This document shows positions 12,453 to 23,380 of a DNA stretch of 64,000 bases, one piece after another. Location: the NCBI GenBank assembly GCA_965178125.1, contig OZ237747.1, positions 558,001 through 622,000 of the forward strand, written 5' to 3'. The stretch comes from Bilabrum cf. latius (Eukaryota). Position numbers and translations under genes: made by a program. The first letter of the stretch is position 1. Each line of letters begins with the position of its first letter. The notes beneath the pieces are model-generated. The model was given only the letters and a program-made list of their open reading frames with translations. It searched no databases and was not told where the DNA came from.

Positions 12453-13098
12453 CTCAAGCGCTGTTATTTGCAGCGGCGAGCTGAGGCGCTAGCCCTCACC
12501 CGCTGTCAAGCCGCTGCAATCAACCTCCTGAATGATTGCCTAACTCTTTGAAAATACAGCAAACAGCAACCCACACAGGAACATGTGAAACGCAGCTGAT
12601 TCGTACGTCACGCAGTACACCGAGACGCACGCAGCAGTTGCACTTGAATAGAGCAAGAGAATCACGTGCGATACAATTACCGGTGCCTTTCTCCTTTGCA
12701 CAATTCGAACCAGCGAGTGAAGCATAGGAATCCATAAAGTAAAGCAAACGAGAATCAGCACACCTGCAATCATCTTGTGGCGAAGATGTGCATTGTGGGT
12801 TGGTGCACTACAGTGCACTGCACGTCACACCACGGGTGGAGTGACTTATGCTTTGTCCAATTCTTGACCTTAGTCTCCGTACCTACACCACCTCCAATCG
12901 ATAAACAATCATCGTAATGCTGCACAGGCTTCTCGCCGCCGGCCTATCGGCGCGCCGGGTCTGCGAGCGCAGCATTTCCACGCTGGCGGGCACTCTACTT
13001 GCCATCAGGCTGCCAGAGAAACAGAAAGTACATCCAGAATCCATGCCCACCACCACAATCACCGCGCGAGCACCTCGAGTCGAAACCCAAAACCCACC

Positions 13099-15008
13099 TC
13101 AGCTTCCCCCGGGCCCACCGTGCGGCAGGGACACGTGCCCGGGCAGCGTCACGCCCTCACCGACGGCCCTCGAAACCGGCTCCGAGCTCCTGGCAGCCGC
13201 TGCCAAGCCCAACGAAGCCGCACCGCCACCGCTTGGGTCAGAGCGGGAAGTAGCGTCCTTCACCGTTCCTGCCTTGCTGGGCACCGCCTGCACCCCTGTG
13301 CCCTGGCTCAGGCCAGCCGCAGCGGCGATCGCAGGCGAGTTCTCTGCATCTGCCGCCGCCGAGCCACTCGCGCCCTCCTGCCCTTGGCCCCCAGCAACTG
13401 CGGCTCCGAGAGATGCTTTCACCGCGGGCGAAAGCACCCTGGACGGAGGCGACCGCACGTCCCTGTAGTTGGCCAGCACAACGCAGTAATCTCCCGCGAA
13501 CTCAGTGTGGCTCTTGTCGGTGAGTTTCCACCGCTGCGGATCTTCTCCCTGTGACACCGGCCCCAGCCCCGCCTGTCCCTGCCTCTCCGCCTCTTTGGCC
13601 ACCTCCTCCTGGCACTTGATGTACGGCTCCACAGGCAGGTCGGTCATCTCCTTGACTCCCTGCGCGTCGGCGAACAGGGTCAGGGTGAAGCGTCTGGGGC
13701 GGAACAGAGCCAGCACGGCCCGCACCAGAGGCCGCAAGGAACTTGCGCGAACGTTCGTCTCGAACGACGCGTAGCTGCAGTGCTTCTCTGGTGTCACGTG
13801 CACGGTCCAGTAGGAGCCGTCGAGCAGCCCATTCGCGCTGTACCCGCACGGCTCGAACATGTAGGCGTGGACCGTGCTGCCAGGGAGCACCGCCGTTAGG
13901 CCAGACCTCTGGGTCACGTACTAGGCCACTGCAGAGCTGGGGCCGGGGCAGGCCGCCAGTTTACCCAGGTCAGCGCGCGACTTGGCCTCCCCGGCCCCGA
14001 CCGCGGCGCCCTTCTCCTCTTCCTCTCGCTCGTCCGCGCCCTTGGGCTCGCTCCCCTCGCCCTCGCCCTCGGCAGGGGCCTCCTTGCTATCAGATTCGGT
14101 GGAAGCCGGACTGTCGCCGGCGACGCTTCCTTCTGATGCAGCCCCCGGCGAGTCTTCTTCTTCCTTACCGGATTTGGCAGAAGGCGCCTTGGCCTTGCTG
14201 CTCAGCTGCACACCGGCCTTCGCTGCCTCTTCCACCGCCTGGTCCTCGTGCAGCAGCCTGCTCATCCCGTCGCATATGTCAAACATCTTGATGTCTAGAG
14301 TCACATCCGTGCTCTCTGTGGGCGGCCGCTCGCAGTAGTCTGCGACGAAGACGACCCAGTGGTCCGACGTGAGAGGCCCGAGCACATGGGCGGAGCCAGT
14401 GGGGAAGAATCGGTGCAGGAAAGCGATCTGCGCGGGATCTAAAGAGAAGAGAATACTATACAATACAATGAATGGGTGAGGACAGGTATCAAGCGGCAAT
14501 CGCACACGCTATTCGTCGAGTGCTGATGGTGCAACGGCACCGACAATGCAGGCGAGCTGACTATCTCTGGCTCTCAACTGACCTCTTCGGTAGTGCTCCT
14601 GTGTGGAAATACCTGCTCCTACGGAAACAGAAAATCTTTGCGAGAGTATGCCACCCACTCAACTTCCATATTCTTGGCTGCCACCCGTTCCAGCAGCGGC
14701 GGCAGCATCCTGAGGAGGGTTGTCGTTCCGCAAGTCTTGGCGATTATTTTGTGCGAGTACACAAAGAGTGACGACTCGCTTAGCAAATATGCAGTACAGT
14801 CTTCATCCTAAATCTCTCCGAGTATTGAGCACTTCGCCTCATCGAGAATTGCTTGCCATTGGTCCTTCGAGATGCTTCGCATACCCTGCTTTGGCCCTTT
14901 GCTTGGCACAAAGTCAATTTCGAGATTCTTTTCCGGACCCTCGAAGCCAACCATTGCATCATCTGCCGACGATATAGCTGCGGTGCTGCCTGCTCCAGTT
15001 GATGCCAT
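13099..15008 (-). CDS. AMD1: S-adenosylmethionine decarboxylase proenzyme
   Basis: GFEGPEKNLEI, AYLLSESSLFVY (self-cleavage site), KTCGTTTLL, YSRKDFLFP*EQVFPHRS, intron 14428-14582, FEPCGYSANG, HVTPEKHCSYASFETN. In-frame TAG at 14808, 14619 and 13921; TGA stop. Confidence 0.95.
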
Positions 15009-15118
15009 GCTGCAGACGTATTGTCAAAGTAAGAACTGGCGATCGAGACACCTTGGTTGTAGAGCTGCAATGATGTCAATGAGATCCCCTACGTGCCGCT
15101 CCAAGAGGCACGTTTAGA

Positions 15119-15160
15119 TTAAGATATTCCCTGTGTTGATGATGGAAACGTCCTTCCCAT
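15119..15160 (-). promoter_or_regulatory. Candidate upstream ORF (MGRTFPSSTQGIS*) in the AdoMetDC 5' leader
   Basis: ATG at 15160 to TAA at 15121-15119, ending 110 nt before the AdoMetDC ATG. No other ATG lies in between. Confidence 0.35.
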
Positions 15161-15227
15161 GCAACAGCAGTTCGCTATGCTTGGAGTTGCCGTCGTGCCC
15201 TGTGGTGGTTCCGCAACACGATCATCA

Positions 15228-15238
15228 TGCGCGGCGCC
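15228..15238. promoter_or_regulatory. Recurrent intergenic motif TGCGCGGCGCC (copy 1; between the divergent AdoMetDC and NAL-like genes)
   Basis: Exact 11-mer also present at 16717, 23370 and 46879. Preceded by GTTCCGCAAC at 15208-15217. Confidence 0.5.
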
Positions 15239-15421
15239 GTGACGACGCACGAGTTTTCGATCTGGCAGTGAATGGCACAAAGAAGCGTTTCATCCATTGT
15301 GAGGCCGACCATTCGTTGGAAATAAGCTTAATTCGTGGCGAGCCTGTCGGATTCTCGTTTGTGGACCGTGTATCGTGCAAATACAGCTTTGGGTCTCGCT
15401 GCCAGCATCAATTGTCATCAT

Positions 15422-16588
15422 ATGGAAGCCGCTGTATCACTTTTCCACGCAGTCAGCTGTGGTACAATACGAATCGTACTGGCACTCATTGCTGCGGCAG
15501 CCGGCGTCAAAGCCCGATTCTTGGCTGTGGACCCGGTGTTCACACCGTTCAGGCGCGACAATGGCCACCTCAATCTAACAGCAGTACCTGGCATGGCGAA
15601 TGCCAGTCGCTCCCAGGGTGCTGATATTGTTTTATTGGGAGGCAGCACCGGCGATTGGCCGTCCTTGTCCGTTGATGAGCGCATCGAGCTGCTGAAGTCG
15701 TGGTCCGCAGCGCTTGATGCCATGCACGACACCGACGTCGGCACCGAGCGCCCTATGAAGCTCTTATTCCATGCAGGGCACACAGATGTCGAGCAGGCGC
15801 GGCAGCTTGCCGCGGCAGCAGAGGAACACGGCGCCGATGCGATCCTGGCAGTTGCTCCGGGCGTAGTGTACCGGCCACCACCCGGACTCGAGGGCGCCAG
15901 GCAGGTGGCGCAGCAGCTGGGATACATCGCTGCTGGGGCACCTTCTCTCCCTCTGTGGTACTACCATTTCCCGGGGCTGTACACAGTGGACGTGGACGTG
16001 CCTGCTCTCGTCAGCTATGCCCTCACCGGAGAGGCGCCGCCCTCGAGCGACACCCCCCTCGCCCTCGCTTCTGCTCCAAGGCCAAGATCCACCGCAACCA
16101 ACAGGACGGGGCGCCTAGTTCCGGTTTCTGCGACCACCGGGTCCGAGGCAAGTGCTCCGCTTGCACCCACCCTGCGAGGCATCAAGTACATCGACACGAA
16201 TGTAGACGACGTGCAGCGTGCACTGCGGGTCGCGAAAAGGGCCGGAGAGGGCAATTTTTCTGTCTACATCAAGAACCCGCTAGCTGTTGCCTGTCTGCCA
16301 ATTGGCTGCGACGGGGCTCCGGTGCAGACGCTGGGCGCCCGCGTGCAGGTCGAGCTGGGGCAGGCCTGGGACCGGGGGGACGTGAAGGGGGCGCTGGACG
16401 CGCAGTACAAGCTGCTGGAGCTGGCCGACGTATTCGGCAAGTACGGCGCGCTGCAGCTTGGGCGTGCTGCCTACAAGCTTCAGTATGGCGTGGATCTGGG
16501 TCCTCTGCGCCTCCCCCAGTATGACCTGCAGGGCGAGGAGAAGGAGGCCGGGCTCAAGGCGCTGCGAGCCATCGGGATCTTGAATTGA
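15422..16588 (+). CDS. DHDPS/N-acetylneuraminate lyase family class I aldolase with a hydrophobic N-terminus
   Basis: VFTPF, LGGSTGDWPSLSVDERIEL, HAGHTD, GADAILAVAP, LWYYHFP and Schiff-base Lys in LRGIKY. TGA stop. Confidence 0.85.
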   Translation: MEAAVSLFHAVSCGTIRIVLALIAAAAGVKARFLAVDPVFTPFRRDNGHLNLTAVPGMANASRSQGADIVLLGGSTGDWPSLSVDERIELLKSWSAALDAMHDTDVGTERPMKLLFHAGHTDVEQARQLAAAAEEHGADAILAVAPGVVYRPPPGLEGARQVAQQLGYIAAGAPSLPLWYYHFPGLYTVDVDVPALVSYALTGEAPPSSDTPLALASAPRPRSTATNRTGRLVPVSATTGSEASAPLAPTLRGIKYIDTNVDDVQRALRVAKRAGEGNFSVYIKNPLAVACLPIGCDGAPVQTLGARVQVELGQAWDRGDVKGALDAQYKLLELADVFGKYGALQLGRAAYKLQYGVDLGPLRLPQYDLQGEEKEAGLKALRAIGILN

Positions 16589-16716
16589 GGTCGATAGAAG
16601 TGCGTGTGATATTGCTGTTGCGTACAGTGCGTGTGTACCGATTTCATCTCATAACGGCCCAAGGCACGGCAATGCAATCCTGGATCCAGGCTCGGAAGAT
16701 GTTCCGCAACGAAGGT

Positions 16717-16727
16717 TGCGCGGCGCC
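16717..16727. promoter_or_regulatory. Motif TGCGCGGCGCC (copy 2), about 42 nt upstream of the PACRG ATG
   Basis: Exact 11-mer, preceded by GTTCCGCAAC at 16701-16710 as in copy 1. Confidence 0.5.
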
Positions 16728-16769
16728 GATCTAGCTGCCCGAACGGATAAACATCAGTTCGCCTGCAGA

Positions 16770-17905
16770 ATGGCTGCAGTAGGCGGCAGTGCCGGTCGTG
16801 ATGAATTAATGGGATTTACTGTCAAAGAGCTTGTCACTACGCTGCGAGAAGAGGAGAAAGCAGCTAGTGGGGCAGCCGCTCGAGGCAAGAGCGTAACCAA
16901 GCCGCACAACTTGCCTCATAGGGAGACTCGGTCTCTTTTTGACAGGACCAAGGTGAGGCCTGATATAATTCTCTTGCTACTGCAATCTTTCTGTGTTGTG
17001 ACTGCGTCACAGATTTTGTCGTTGCAGCAATAATTGATCCGATTTCAAGCTTTTGGTCGTACCATTCACTTTCACAGGTGTTGTCTTCAGCCGTGAGGCC
17101 TGCTGGGGGTCATCCGCATTCTAGAATGGATGATGATGGCAGCATGGAGGTAAATGCGTTCCGACCAGGTCTGGCGACCATGCGCCCTGACCCTGGCAGG
17201 TTTCTGCTGCGCGGGGGAGGCACCGGAGGAATGGCAACTACGGCCTTGAAAGCTCGAGCCCTGAAGGCTGACAGCGTGCCTTTGAAGCCCCCACCGAAGG
17301 CAGGTGCCATGAAGATTCGGCCGAATCCACCGAACACTTCGTTGAGGTTTTACTACGAGAGGGGCGACTTGCCGTGCAAGATCAGCCAGAAGGGCGTGAA
17401 AAACAAGCTTGCCTGGAAGCAGCCGATCGATACTTTGGATTTTAATTTCTGGCTCCCTGTGTTTATGGACGGCGTCCGCGAGGAGGAGGACCCTTACCAG
17501 TTCATTGCCATGGACGGCGTCACGCAGCTGCTCGACAACGGAGGCTCGAAGATCCTCCCCACCCTCCCAGTGCTGATCATGCCCATCAAGCAGGCGCTCA
17601 ACACGAGGAGGCCGATCGTCGTATGCAGGATGATGAAGGTCCTGCAGAGGCTGGTCACCGCGGATGCGCACACGAAGCGACCAACGATCGGCCGGGCGCT
17701 TGTGCCGTACTACCGCCAGATCCTGCCCGTGTTCAACCTGCTCGCCCTCAAGAACAAGAACCTTGGCGATGGAATTGATTATGCGCAGCGGAAGGGCGAG
17801 AACCCTGGGGATCTGGTGAGCCAGACGCTCGAGCTGTTCGAGGAGTTTGGTGGGGAGGAGGCACTGGTCAACATCCGGTACCTCGTGCCATGCTATCCCA
17901 TCTAA
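16770..17905 (+). CDS. PACRG: Parkin co-regulated (PACRG) family axonemal protein
   Basis: Intron 16953-17077. Motifs LRFYYERGDLP, LDFNFWLPVFMDGVREEEDPYQFIA, GRALVPYYRQILPVFNL, NLGDGIDY, GGEEALVNIRYLVPCY. Ends in TAA 17903-17905. Confidence 0.93.
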
Positions 17906-18148
17906 GGCACGCACGCGAAGTCGCAACGCTGGAGGAGCTGTGGCTAGGAGGCATTGCTCCGTGCCTATTTCCTCCGCATGGTTTGGCGCATTCCGTGTGG
18001 CCTCGCGGCCCCCGGCGTGCCGTACCCGCGGCTTGGTTGATTTGAATACTCGATTCACGCGACAACTAGCCGTGCCCGGGATATCTGGATTAATCTAGTA
18101 CGCGCAAACACTTAATGTAACCCTCAAGCCGGGCATCATCGGGATAGA

Positions 18149-21100
18149 TCAAGACAATGTGGCACCATCGAGCGATGGCACCGTGCACACCCCGGCCGCC
18201 GTCCGCAGAGGCTTGCCAGCGTAGCAAGCCTGCTTGTCTCCATCCGTGGACAGCTCCGGCACCACATCCTTCCAAGGGTTCTTCTTCTTCTGAGGGTTGA
18301 TCTTCTCGTCGGGATCCGCTTCCGAGCCGTCGATGACAACCCGCTCTCCGATGGCAGAGCCCGCGGGCGGGTCCACGAACTCGACTCTGTCGCCCTTGTT
18401 GGCGCAGAGGACCATCCCCTTGGACGTGAAGTCGCCCATCTTGCGGTCCTTCAGGTTGGCCACCACCACGATCTTCCTGCCTTGCAGCTCCTCAAGCTTG
18501 TAGTGCTCCCTGAGGCCAGAGGCGATCGTCCGTGGCGCGCCCTCGCCTACGTCCACCTCCTCGCAGAAGAGCCTGTCCTTGTCGGGGTGCTCCCACACCT
18601 TGGTGATCTGGCCCACCTTGAGGAGCAGGCGGCTGAAGGCAGGCACGTCGGACCTGTCGGCACCCTTCTTCTTCTTGCCTCCGCCGGCAGCGCCCCCACC
18701 GGCGGCAGCGCCCTTACCCTTGCCCTTGCCCTTTGCCTTCTTCGCCTTGCCCTTGGAGGCATCCGAAGCAGATACTGCGCCACCCGCTGCCGCCTCGGAC
18801 CCGCCAAACCTGGACCTCCACTCCTCCACCTACTCGGGCTGGATCTGCGTGAAGATGGGCCGCGGCTTCATGCCAAGCTTGTGCCCCTCCGGGATACACA
18901 CCTCGAACTTGTCTGGAATGTCCATGTGGGGCAAGCCGAGCTGGTGGCACACCCGGTCCGTGAATCCAGGCATGTAAGGCTCGAAGATGGCGGCCACGAG
19001 GCGCACCAGGGATACAGAGTATGCGATTGCAGTCGCCGACTCGTCCATCTTGCCCTGCTTCTTCTGCGATGCACGGTTGGGATACTTTGGGGTAATACGG
19101 GGAGCAGTGGCGGCAGCACATGGCAAAGCTCAGCGGACACGTTGATACACCAATACCAACGGAAGAAGCACAGCAAGAGCAATGGTCTCAGACACTTCCA
19201 AGGAATAGGATGAATATCGTCATAGATGCGTTCGCCTGGCGGGGCAATACGCTCCGTGCGAGATATATCGTCACCGACCGAAAACACACAACACTAGTGG
19301 GAACCTTGCCACAATGCTGCTGCTCTGCCCGCTGGCAGAGCGCTGCAAGCAGCAAAAAACCGACACAACAAGCCAGCAAACCGGCACAGCAAGCAAACCG
19401 ATACAAGCAAAAGTCACACTCACGAGGTCCCAGGGCGCCTTGTCCTACAGGTACGTGTTGCCTTCCCCGGAGACGAGGAGCGCGAGGCCGAGGGCGTGCC
19501 TGAGTTTCTGCTTGCCGACGTACTCGTTGTATTCTGCCAGCAGCTGGTTCACCCTGGTCTCAAGCGCCGCCTCCCTGTCCCCGGGCGCCGCCTTGATGCC
19601 GGGCACGGCCCCCTCGAACTGGGTGTACGACAGGTTGAGCGCCCTGTTGACGAAGTTGCCGAGGTTCTTAAGCAGCACGTTGTTGACGTTGTCGGCGAAG
19701 TCGCTCCAGCTGAACTCAGTGTCGCTGTTCTCAGGCCGCTGGGAAAGGAGATAGAACCTCCACACCTCGGAGGGGATGCCGGTCTCCTTGGCAGTGTCGC
19801 CAAAGACTCCCACGCCCTTGCTCTTGCTGAACCTGCCGGACTCGTACTGCAGGTACTCGGTGACCGAGAGGTCGCCCACCAGGGTCCATTTCTTCTCCGT
19901 GGCAATCAGGGAGCCAGGGAACACAACCGAGTGGAAGGGCACGTTGTCCTTGCCCATGAACTGCACGAGCCTCACATGGTCGGGGTTCTGCCACCAGGCC
20001 TTCCACGCCTCCGCGTCGAGGCCCCTGTCCTGCAGGTAGCACGAGGTCATCGAGATGTACCCGATGGGCGCGTCGAACCACACGTAGAACACCTTTTCGC
20101 TGAACTTTTCCATGGGGACTGGAGTGCCCCACTTGAGGTCTCGCGTGATGGGCCGGGGCTGCAGGCCGGCTTTGAGCCAGTTCTGCGTGATGGACACGGC
20201 GTTGCTCGTCCATCGGCCTGACTCGAAGCACTTGTTCAGCCACGCACGAAGCCGCTCGTCCTGCTTGGGCAGGTCCAGATACATGTGCTCTGTGTCCCTC
20301 ACTTCCAGCTTGTGCGCCTTGTCCACCATGCACCTGGGAGACTTGAGGTCGGTCGCGTTCAGCAGCGCGTCGCAGCTGGGGCACTGGTCCCCTCTCGCGT
20401 CCTCGTGCCCGCAGTTGGGGCAGATGCCCTCCACAAGGCGGTCCGAGAGGAACTTGTCGCAGCCCGTGCAGAACACCTGCTGGCTGCTCTTCTCCAGCAA
20501 GTTGCCCGCTTTAAGGCAGTCGGTGAAGATTTCCTGTCCAATGTCTGTCTGTGGCCAGCCCTTGCTGTCCTTGGGGGTAGCGTGGCTCGTGCGGCCGAAG
20601 TAGTCGAACCGGATGTCAAACCAATCGTAGATTGCCTTGTGCTTTGCATGGTACTTGTCGCACACCTGCAGGGAATGCACACACGAAATAACATAAATTG
20701 AATCTTACTGCATGAACTATCTGGAAAACCCAGCAGCAGATGGCAACGGCCTGATGCCAAGCGCAATTGCGGTTAGCTTACCTCTCGAGTGGTCAAACCC
20801 TCCTCCCTAGCTTTCGTCTCCGTTGCTGTCCCGTACTCGTCAGTACCGCAGATATATAGCGCATTTAGGCCGCGCTGGCGGCACCACCTAGCGTAAACAT
20901 CGGCTGACAGGACACATCCAATTAGGTTGCCAAGGTGTGGGACATTGTTGACGTATGGCAAGGCACTTGTGATAAGAATGTTATCACGTTCCTCAGCTGG
21001 CAGTACAGGTTCGCTTGGCTGCGATTGATGAACAGGATAAAATCAAGCTCGGATTGCAATGCGCTAATAGATCAGCCAAGCAGGGGGAGACAGGTGCGTA

Positions 21101-21560
21101 CAGCCACAGCATCTTACCAAGTCACTTCGACGCAATCTAGGGGTCTCTTCGACTGCTGCTACCCTAAACTTCTTTTTGCCAACCTTAGCATCTGCTACGG
21201 CTGGTGCAGCTACCGGGCTCGCCCCTGCTCCAGAAGCGGGCGGCCCTTTCTTCTTGCCTCCCTGTGCCTTGGGCTTGCTTGCTTTCGTACCAAATTGAGC
21301 TTCAATCCGCGCCGTTGGGTCCTTCAAAACCTGCAAACACAATAAATAAAATCAAAATGTGGGCCGTATCGCCGCAAATACACTAGTTGGGCTGCGATTT
21401 ACTTTTCTTGCAGCTTGGCAAGGAATACTCTGCTCACCTTTGAGAGTCCATTTCTAAGCAGTTGCAATCGCAGTCTAGTTGCGGTGTAGCTAGATAAAAA
21501 TCTATCCATTCCTCGCCTCGCTTGTGTTCGAAGAGATCCTGAAATGTGCTTTCTTAGCAT
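18149..21560 (-). CDS. MARS1: Methionyl-tRNA synthetase with a C-terminal EMAP-II-like tRNA-binding domain
   Basis: [26 protein letters not shown], Zn knuckles, [34 protein letters not shown]. Introns 21331-21437, 21019-21117, 20666-20781 and 19064-19423. In-frame TAG at 19445 and 18830; TGA stop. Start is 21560 or 21509. Confidence 0.95.
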
Positions 21561-21783
21561 AGGTTCTGCCCTTGGCGGCAGTGAACTTGAAATACGCAAA
21601 TGGCACCTTACCACAAAAATGGCTGCCGGGACTTTCGTCCGAGGCGAAGATCAACTAATCGTATCCGTTTTATTCCTTTCATCAATCAATACCATAGCTG
21701 TATGACCCCTGCATGCACTAGAGGTGCCAAGCAAGCAAGCGCTAAACGTTCACCTCGTCACGCACAGCACGCTCACCAGTGGC

Positions 21784-23318
21784 TCACCACTCGAACTTGT
21801 GGACGGTCGTGTGCGAGTACACCTGACCGGGCCTCAGCACGGTGGACGGGAACTCGGGCCGGTTCGGGCTGTCGGGGTAGTGCTGGGTCTCCAGGCACAC
21901 GCCGGCCCACTGCACGGGCTCTAGCCAGTTGCCGGTGTAGACCTGCACGCCTGGCTCGGTGGTGTCGACGTGCATCTGCCTGCCGGACTTGGGGTGCCCC
22001 AGGGTGGCGATGAAAGCCGGGTGCCCGCCCACGTGCCTAGCCGCTACTTCCGGTTTGTCGCTCCTGACGAAGCAGTGGTCCAGGCCGTTCTTGCCCCCGC
22101 CTTCGCCGCCGGCCTTGCCCAGGAGCTCCTCACTCAGGTGCACCCCATCCGCACTCATGGCAGACTCGGCAGGGGCGGGCGCGCTGGCTCCCTCTCCGCC
22201 GGAATCGCCGCCACTAGCGGCCGCTGCAGCCACAGCAGCCGTGTGGAAGTCCATGGTGGGGTGCCCATCCACAGAGACGTACTTGCCCGTTGGGATCTGC
22301 GTGTCGTCCACCTCCAAGAAGGCCTCGCAGCCCGTCTTGAGGGTATGTCCGCACACCGTCTCCTCCTTCCCGTCCCCACTCAGGTTCCAGTACGTGTGAT
22401 TCGTCAGGTTCACGAACGTCGGCTTGCTGGTCCGCGCCTCGTACGTCCACCCGAGGTGGTTCATGTCGTTGAGCCACACCCGGCACGTTGCCTCCAGCTC
22501 GCCGGGGTAGCCCTGGTCGCCATCAGGAGAGGTGAGCGAGAACTTGACCTGCTTGATGCCGTCCTTCTCCACGATCTCGCCCTCCCAGCGCCGCTGGTCG
22601 AAGCCGTCGTCGCCCCCGTGCAGGTGGTTCGGGCCGTTGTTCGTGGCCAGCTCCAGCTCCTCGCCGTCCAGCTCGCACTTCCCCTTGCATATCCTGTTTC
22701 CATACCGCCCTACTGTCATGCCCTTGTACGTGCCTTTAGCAGCGCTTACGACCGAGTCCAGCGAAGAACGGTCGTGCACGGTGATTTCCTCCGCTGGCCC
22801 GTCCGCGCTGGGGCAGCGAACGGAAATGATGCACACGCCAAGCTCCAGAACAGTTGCTGACAATCCTTTGGAGTTCCTGCGAGAAGGATGGAGGGAAGTA
22901 TGAGTGTATGTAGCGCGTTACTTCGGTGCGATGGCAGAATTTGGTGCGTGGGTCTGGCAATTGGCCCGACATCAGTCGGTTGTTCCTGCTCGCAGTTGCG
23001 ATGCCGGAAGAGGGGTGGCCGTCGGCGCTTACGATAATGTAAATGCGTGGATGTCCTCTGTTTTTCCATCAGCAGTCTCTCTGGAACCAAATACAGATTT
23101 CTGCAATATATTGAAGCACAAGACTACTTTCGCATGGGATCAACGAGCAGCTGCCGACCTCAACAATCGCGACGCGGAAACTACACGTAGCATCACAATC
23201 CATCTGTTCCGGTGTATCTCACCGAAACTCCAGCCTTAGTGGCTAAAGACCTCTTTCCTATTGCGCTACTTCCTGATGCTGCCGCCATTCTCAAGAAACG
23301 GGAGGTCGATCGCAGCAT
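21784..23318 (-). CDS. GALM: Aldose 1-epimerase (galactose mutarotase) copy 1, with a putative mitochondrial presequence
   Basis: N-terminus MLRSTSRFLRMAAASGSSAIGKRSLAT; introns 23101-23222 and 22877-23032. Motifs GRYGNRI, NHLHGG, GDQGYPG, NLTNHTYWNL, GLDHCF, CLETQHYPDSPN. TGA stop. Confidence 0.93.
22312..22880. repeat. Inverted repeat arm, near-identical to the reverse complement of 24171-24739; a second block about 21750-22090 pairs with about 25078-25418
   Basis: Direct comparison of the two GALM copies. Identity extends about 34 nt into the 3' UTR. Confidence 0.9.
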
Positions 23319-23369
23319 TTGTGTGTATCGACGAGCCGCCGCGATGCGAATACGGAACCACGAATCCAA

Positions 23370-23380
23370 TGCGCGGCGCC
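23370..23380. promoter_or_regulatory. Motif TGCGCGGCGCC (copy 3), about 51 nt upstream of the GALM copy 1 ATG
   Basis: Exact 11-mer in the divergent intergenic region; CGGAAC (reverse complement of GTTCCG) is nearby at about 23353. Confidence 0.5.

Noticed and set aside
12453-13098. Possible tRNA (including a CUA suppressor) or small gene in this gap or in 23400-23780
   Set aside because: TTCGAA-like words occur, but I could not build a cloverleaf and the short ORFs lack coding character. A tRNAscan-SE run would be decisive.
18830-19447. A-to-I editing (UAG to Trp), pyrrolysine insertion or programmed leaky read-through
   Set aside because: The TAG columns match Gln or polar positions, not Trp. 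Up to 21 TAG per gene in varied contexts is incompatible with leaky read-through. No Pyl machinery is seen in the window.
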